Made by a program: the position numbers and the translations under genes. The notes beneath the pieces were generated by a model that was given only the letters and a program-made list of their open reading frames with translations, had not been told where the DNA came from and did not search any database. A stretch of 64,000 nt of DNA from Zygnema circumcarinatum SAG 698-1b. Lineage: Eukaryota > Plantae > Zygnematophyceae. Below are positions 59,050 through 64,000 of the stretch, piece after piece (positions within the stretch are counted from its first letter, which is position 1; each line of letters begins with the position of its first letter). The stretch lies in contig CM074810.1 of the NCBI GenBank assembly GCA_037447605.1, positions 868,001-932,000 on the forward strand, in the 5' to 3' direction.

Positions 59050-61575
59050 ATGGATGCCGGGGCCTCCAGCAGTGGAGCCATGGCGCGCACGACCTGGGAG
59101 ATAGAGAACACCATAGAGGAGGTGGAGGACGACGCAGTGTTTCGCTACAGCGAGGCGCAGCAGTCGGCAGCGCAGGCGGCCAAGCCGTGGGCGAAAGACC
59201 CTCACTTCTTCAAGACAGTGCGCATTTCGGCGCTGGCTCTCCTGAAGATGGTGGTGCATGCTCGATCGGGGGGCAACATTGAGGTCATGGGTATCATGCA
59301 GGGGAAGCCTGATGGAGACGCGTTTGTGGTCATGGATGCCTTTGCTCTGCCTGTGGAGGGAACAGAGACACGTGTGAACGCGCAGGCAGACGCATATGAG
59401 TACATGGTTGCCTACGTGCAGACGAATAAGTCGGTATGGCCAAACAACCCTAAAGATACAGTAGTGTCAGTAAGGTTTGAAACAATTGTTATACGCACGA
59501 TACCCTGCACTAGCTTAACCCTGCACTTAGAAAAACAAATGATTCAGGTTCTGAATAATTCTTGAGGGTAATGTATAATGAGTTTGTTTTCATGCACAGG
59601 GTTACAGGCTTTTGACATGTGGATGCAGGATCTTTTTAGATATGGTACAGGCGATGTGTGTTCAAAGTTTGTGGTCTAGGTATTTAGTTAAAGTGATCTG
59701 CTTGATGATGTTTGAAGGAAATGTGAAGTCATGGCTTAGGTATGGTGTATGGCGTTAAGGCTGAATTTTAGAAGTCACGATTTCGTCATTTCAAAAGTTA
59801 TTGAGGAGCAGCCTGCCAGCAGTTTACCAGCCTTGGTGGAACGAAAAATTGTCATTTCAAGTTAATGATGTCGTGGGCCATCGAGGCAGTGTCAACAACC
59901 TGTTGGTTTACGACAACCAAAATGATATCGTTATGCAGAAACTAATACATGTCAGCTTCTTGCGGATGCAGGTAGGACGGTTAGAGAACGTGTGCGGTTG
60001 GTACCATTCTCATCCAGGCTATGGCTGCTGGTTATCGGGCATCGACGTGTCTACCCAGATGCTGAACCAGCAGTTTACGGAGCCTTTTTTGGCCGTTGTG
60101 ATAGATCCCACTCGTACAGTCTCTGCTGGCAAAGTAGAAATTGGAGCTTTCCGCACCTATCCTTCTGGTTACAAACCGCCGGATGAGCCAGCCTCAGAGT
60201 ATCAGACTATTCCCTTGAACAAGATTGAAGACTTTGGAGTGCATTGCAAACAGGTGAAGAACATATACGCTGCGAGGAATTCCTGAGGATTTCGGCACAA
60301 CCTTCGTTGCGCTAACTTGTTTCCGGCAGGCCCCATGAGAGGAAGGAGAAACGACAGGTGAGGTTAAGGCATAACCAAACAAGCAGGTGGTTCATGGGCG
60401 CAGTATTATTCTCTTGATATCACATACTTCAAGTCATCCTTGGACTCACATCTGCTGGACCTTCTTTGGAACAAATATTGGGTGAACACCCTCTCGTCTT
60501 CGCCATTACTAGGCAACCGGGATTACGTGGCGGGTCAGATATCCGATTTGGGTGAGCTATCAAGCGCCTTTAACCCCTCTGAAAAAGAATAGTAAACGAT
60601 GAGGGATGCTCAAGCGATATTTGGTCTCCACTCAGCAGCTCCCTTAGAAATCATAAAGCTGCCATTCTGGATTATATTGTCAGTTCTGTCAGCTTTAGGT
60701 TTAGGAGCTCACTCTATTCGTGATGGGTATACTGAGGCAGCGGAGAAGCTTGAGCAAGCGGAGGCCCACTTTGCACAGTCAGGGCGAATTGGAGGCTTCT
60801 TCATGCCGCCACAGCGGAAAAAGGAGGTAGGAACTCTCTATGAAGTCGTAGCATCTGTGTTAAGCAGGGGAAGTCTTATTATTGTCGTGTCTGTAGATGT
60901 CTGCATATGTCCATTCCCTCTACGGAGAAGAGTAGATGCTGGAAGCTGATTTCTGTTCTAAGACAAAGTTGTCCTTACGGTTAGAGTACGAAAGTGTCTA
61001 TTTGAATCACTCTGTGGAGTTCAGTGTTGGCGGTTGTAACTGGTGGAGGGAACCCAGTCTCATTGGCTGCTGTTGGGATCAATTCTGATTGATGCCTCCT
61101 CATTTGACTGTCCTCCTGTTAATTCTCTTATAGTTGCCTGTGTCGCGGCTGTTTCCATAAAGTTTGAAACTTTCCATGGGTGCAGGAGGAGTCCCAGTTG
61201 GCGAAGATTAGCCGGGACAGCTCAAAGATCACTGGGGAGCAGCTGCATGGCCTCATGGCACAGGTGGGTATTTACACAACATAAACATTCGTATGTGATG
61301 TACGATGTAAAGACTAACAAATGTTCAGTCAATGAAGTTCCTTAGAGCGATAGGGCCCAAGCTTGCAATATAAATGAGAAAACTCTTTAACTTCTCTGCT
61401 TGAAACTTCTCTTCTCTTCTCTGCTTGCTGCTCGAACCCTAAACCCAGTTGCGGAGTGTTGGCGGGGGGACAGGTCATTAAGGATGTGCTGTTCAACTCT
61501 GTCGTTCCAACGCATTCCTTGACCTCTTCAACTTCCAGCGATCCGTCAGGGCCTGAACCGATGGTAGAAGCGTAG
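59050..61575 (+). CDS. CSN5: COP9 signalosome subunit 5 (JAMM deneddylase); exons 59050-59433, 59972-60253, 60404-60551, 60741-60826, 61186-61263, 61474-61575
   Basis: [37 protein letters not shown], the JAMM motif [37 protein letters not shown]|YYSLDI and the C-terminal [19 protein letters not shown]. Confidence 0.98.
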
Positions 61576-62159
61576 GCAATTGAACATATTCGAAAGGAAA
61601 AAAAAAGAAAAAGTGTACAGATATCTTTTTTGTTCTGTAAAGTGTTTTCACCCTCCCCTAGACTCTCAATGGTGTGCCATGACATCAGGGCTATGGTGAT
61701 GCATGGGTGCAATTGGCCCTGCCGGCTTTTGACACTTTCTGCCATGCAACTTGACGAAGGGCTAATCCTGAAATATCAATGCTAAGTCTACAAAGCTGAA
61801 ACAGTGGGTCAGAGAATCAAGGGTCAAGGATTGGCGTTGACCTCAGGATGGCGACGCCGCCAAATGTGTATAGAAAGCGCAATAGGAGGCAAGGGAGGGC
61901 CTGCTCTCATTTTTAGTGTTCCCTCGTTCTCAATGTGAAGTGGGGAGTTGCTGAAAACCACGAACACTCCAAAAAGCAGCCGCAACGGTTCTATGCTCTA
62001 AACACAGGACACGACCATAGAACAACCGTTTCCCTGTTACAGCGCAGTTACTGTTCACACAAAGCAACGCCGTTCAACATGGAGTTCGCCGTCCTGTTGA
62101 ACAGCGAACCAACAGTGCGGGCAACACAGAACAGGGTCTGGGAGCACAAAAGTCAACGG

Positions 62160-64000
62160 ATGGCACTTTTTTTTGTCATTTACCTGGCCATGGCGGCACT
62201 CCTCCGCTCCCTCTCCCTCTTCCTCTTCCTCTCCCTCGCCCTCTCCCTCTTCCCCTCGTTGCTATGGGCAGCAGCGACGCCCTCTCTTCCTCCTCGCGAT
62301 GGAGCGCAGCCGGCATGGCCCGGGGCAGTGCGCGCGCTGGCGGCGGGAGGGGACCGGCAGTTCAGGGCCGTGGCGTGGCCTCTCGCGCAGATGTGCGCGA
62401 ACGCGTACCGCCTCCCCGCCATGGTGGAGGTGGAGGGATGGCATCCTGCGGCGCGGGTGGCTCCCGTCATGCCTCAGCATGGCGGAGTGCACGCAATCGC
62501 GTATGAGGTGAGTGAGAGGGTGGGAGAGGAGTGAGGATTGCTGAAGAGTGGAGATAAGCACTCTGCTGTTCTGCTTCTTGGAGAAAATCAAAGTAGTCGG
62601 TGTTCTGTTGTATTGCGAGTTTTACGGTAGATTCAGTTTTCAAGTTTATTTTATCTTTTTTTTGAGAAATTGGAGGAGAGGGTGCGGTATACTATGAGCT
62701 TTTAGTGTCTGTAGTTGAGAAACGCTACAATGCAGGAGATACAGTAGAGCTTATGGAATGATTGGACTTGCAGGAAAATTTATCAACGGCGTACGGTCGT
62801 ATTGTAGTCGCTTTCCGTGGAACAAGTTTGACATTGACAGAGGATGGGAGAGCAGACCTCTGCGCTGACGTGCTGCTGTGGGGAGATGAGGGGGAGCCTC
62901 TGCCTGAGTACTGTGCGGATTTTAGTAGCGACACACTTGACTACTATACACAGGCTGTCAGGTACACGGAAGAAGTATGTACATGCACATTTTTTAGCAT
63001 TTACATGCACATTCGTTTTTTTTATGGACATAAGCACATATCCGGGTGGTTAAGTTCACACTTATGATGGATCGGATGGCTACTCGTCGTTTCTAATGAT
63101 TGCGTGAAGCCTTCATGTACTATGCATAACTGTATAGTGTCTGTGCTGGTTACAGGTGATCCAGGCGTATCCAAACGCGTCAATATTGCTCACTGGTAGG
63201 CATACTTTAGTACACTATCTCAAGACCACACTCTGATCGGCTGGATCACTGTAAAGAAAAATTCTTTGGCGGTTATAAACATAAGCGAGAGTGAAGAATT
63301 CAAGCAAACACAAGTTGTGAAGTTGTAGGAATCATCACAGGTGTGAGTGTATGTACACAGCAGGAGCATCACAATACTCTCATCTTCTCGCTAGTTTTTT
63401 TTGTGACTTTGCCTTCACTCCTCTTTTCCCTTGAAATGTTTTCGTAGTTCTCCTCTCCTTTTTTATGTATCTGTGTCACAAAAAAGCGTTGGGGATGAAA
63501 TGGTCTTCTTAAAGTAGAATTATAATGTCTACCTTAAGCGCTTTCAAAGAATCATCAGATCTAACAGACACAAATGGAGTATGTATGTGTACAGGACACA
63601 GCCTTGGAGCAGGTCTTGCAATATTGGTTGGAGCCACACCTAATCTTTCAGATTCCGTACTTCCCATTGTGGTGTTTGGGTAATTTCTCAGGCCTTCCTG
63701 CGTTGTGTTGTGAATGCGAAATCCAAATGAATTTTCAATTATATGTCAGAAACATTTCAACCACTGTGTGCTTTCTACACCGGTTTCACGGTGTGGTTTC
63801 TCCCTACCAGGATTCATAATTCTATGCCCTTTTTTTTTCTTCCTTTCTTTCTTATCTGCAGGGCAGTGGGTACTAAACGGGTTCTAGCTACACGAGGTTT
63901 GGAACTTGGGAAGGAAATGGATGGCCTTGTGTACACCATAGGAGACATGTACGTTTATCTCTCTGAAACTGCGCGCACTAGAAGGGCATGAAGAGGGGGA
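62160..64000 (+). CDS. Secreted class-3 lipase (alpha/beta hydrolase), 3'-partial; exons 62160/62190-62507, 62774-62974, 63156-63195, 63595-63679, 63862-
   Basis: Hydrophobic signal peptide, AQMCANAY, IVVAFRGT and the nucleophile elbow ILLTG|HSLGAGLA assembled across an intron. Confidence 0.88.

Noticed and set aside
61329-61745. 138-aa minus-strand ORF
   Set aside because: It is antisense to the last CSN5 exon and its 3' UTR and has no independent support.

Overview
Eukaryotic nuclear DNA with GT-AG introns, plant-type TTTAGGG repeats and land-plant-like MAD1/CSN5/TRAP-alpha sequences, so most likely a streptophyte (charophyte alga or early-diverging land plant). The species cannot be fixed from sequence alone. 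It is a short-read-style scaffold with N gaps at 21303-21401, 22101-22110, 34719-34728, 35515-35524, 36426-36435 and 45968-45977. Host genes from left to right: a Rubisco-LSMT-type SET-domain protein (+, 5'-partial); an unusual type-II-membrane GT-A glycosyltransferase (-); MAD1 (+); a Deltex-like WWE-WWE-RING-DTC E3 ligase (-); an intronless F-box/LRR pseudogene (-); a phosphoglycerate-mutase-like histidine phosphatase (+); TRAP-alpha (-); an F-box/CW/RING SNF2 helicase (-) head-to-head with CSN5 (+); and a secreted class-3 lipase (+, 3'-partial). The centre (22.2-36.6 kb) is a transposon-rich accessory block. It holds a 453-bp TRIM whose 130-bp LTRs contain a tRNA-like Pol III promoter, inserted in the F-box CDS. 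It also holds a three-layer nest: a young non-autonomous Copia element (A, 24214-34924), containing a ~2.3-kb non-coding solo-LTR-like element rich in hairpins (C), which contains a second Copia element (B). A foldback element and a dispersed ~165-bp repeat family are also present. Exon boundaries and alignments were worked out by eye and no database searches were run.
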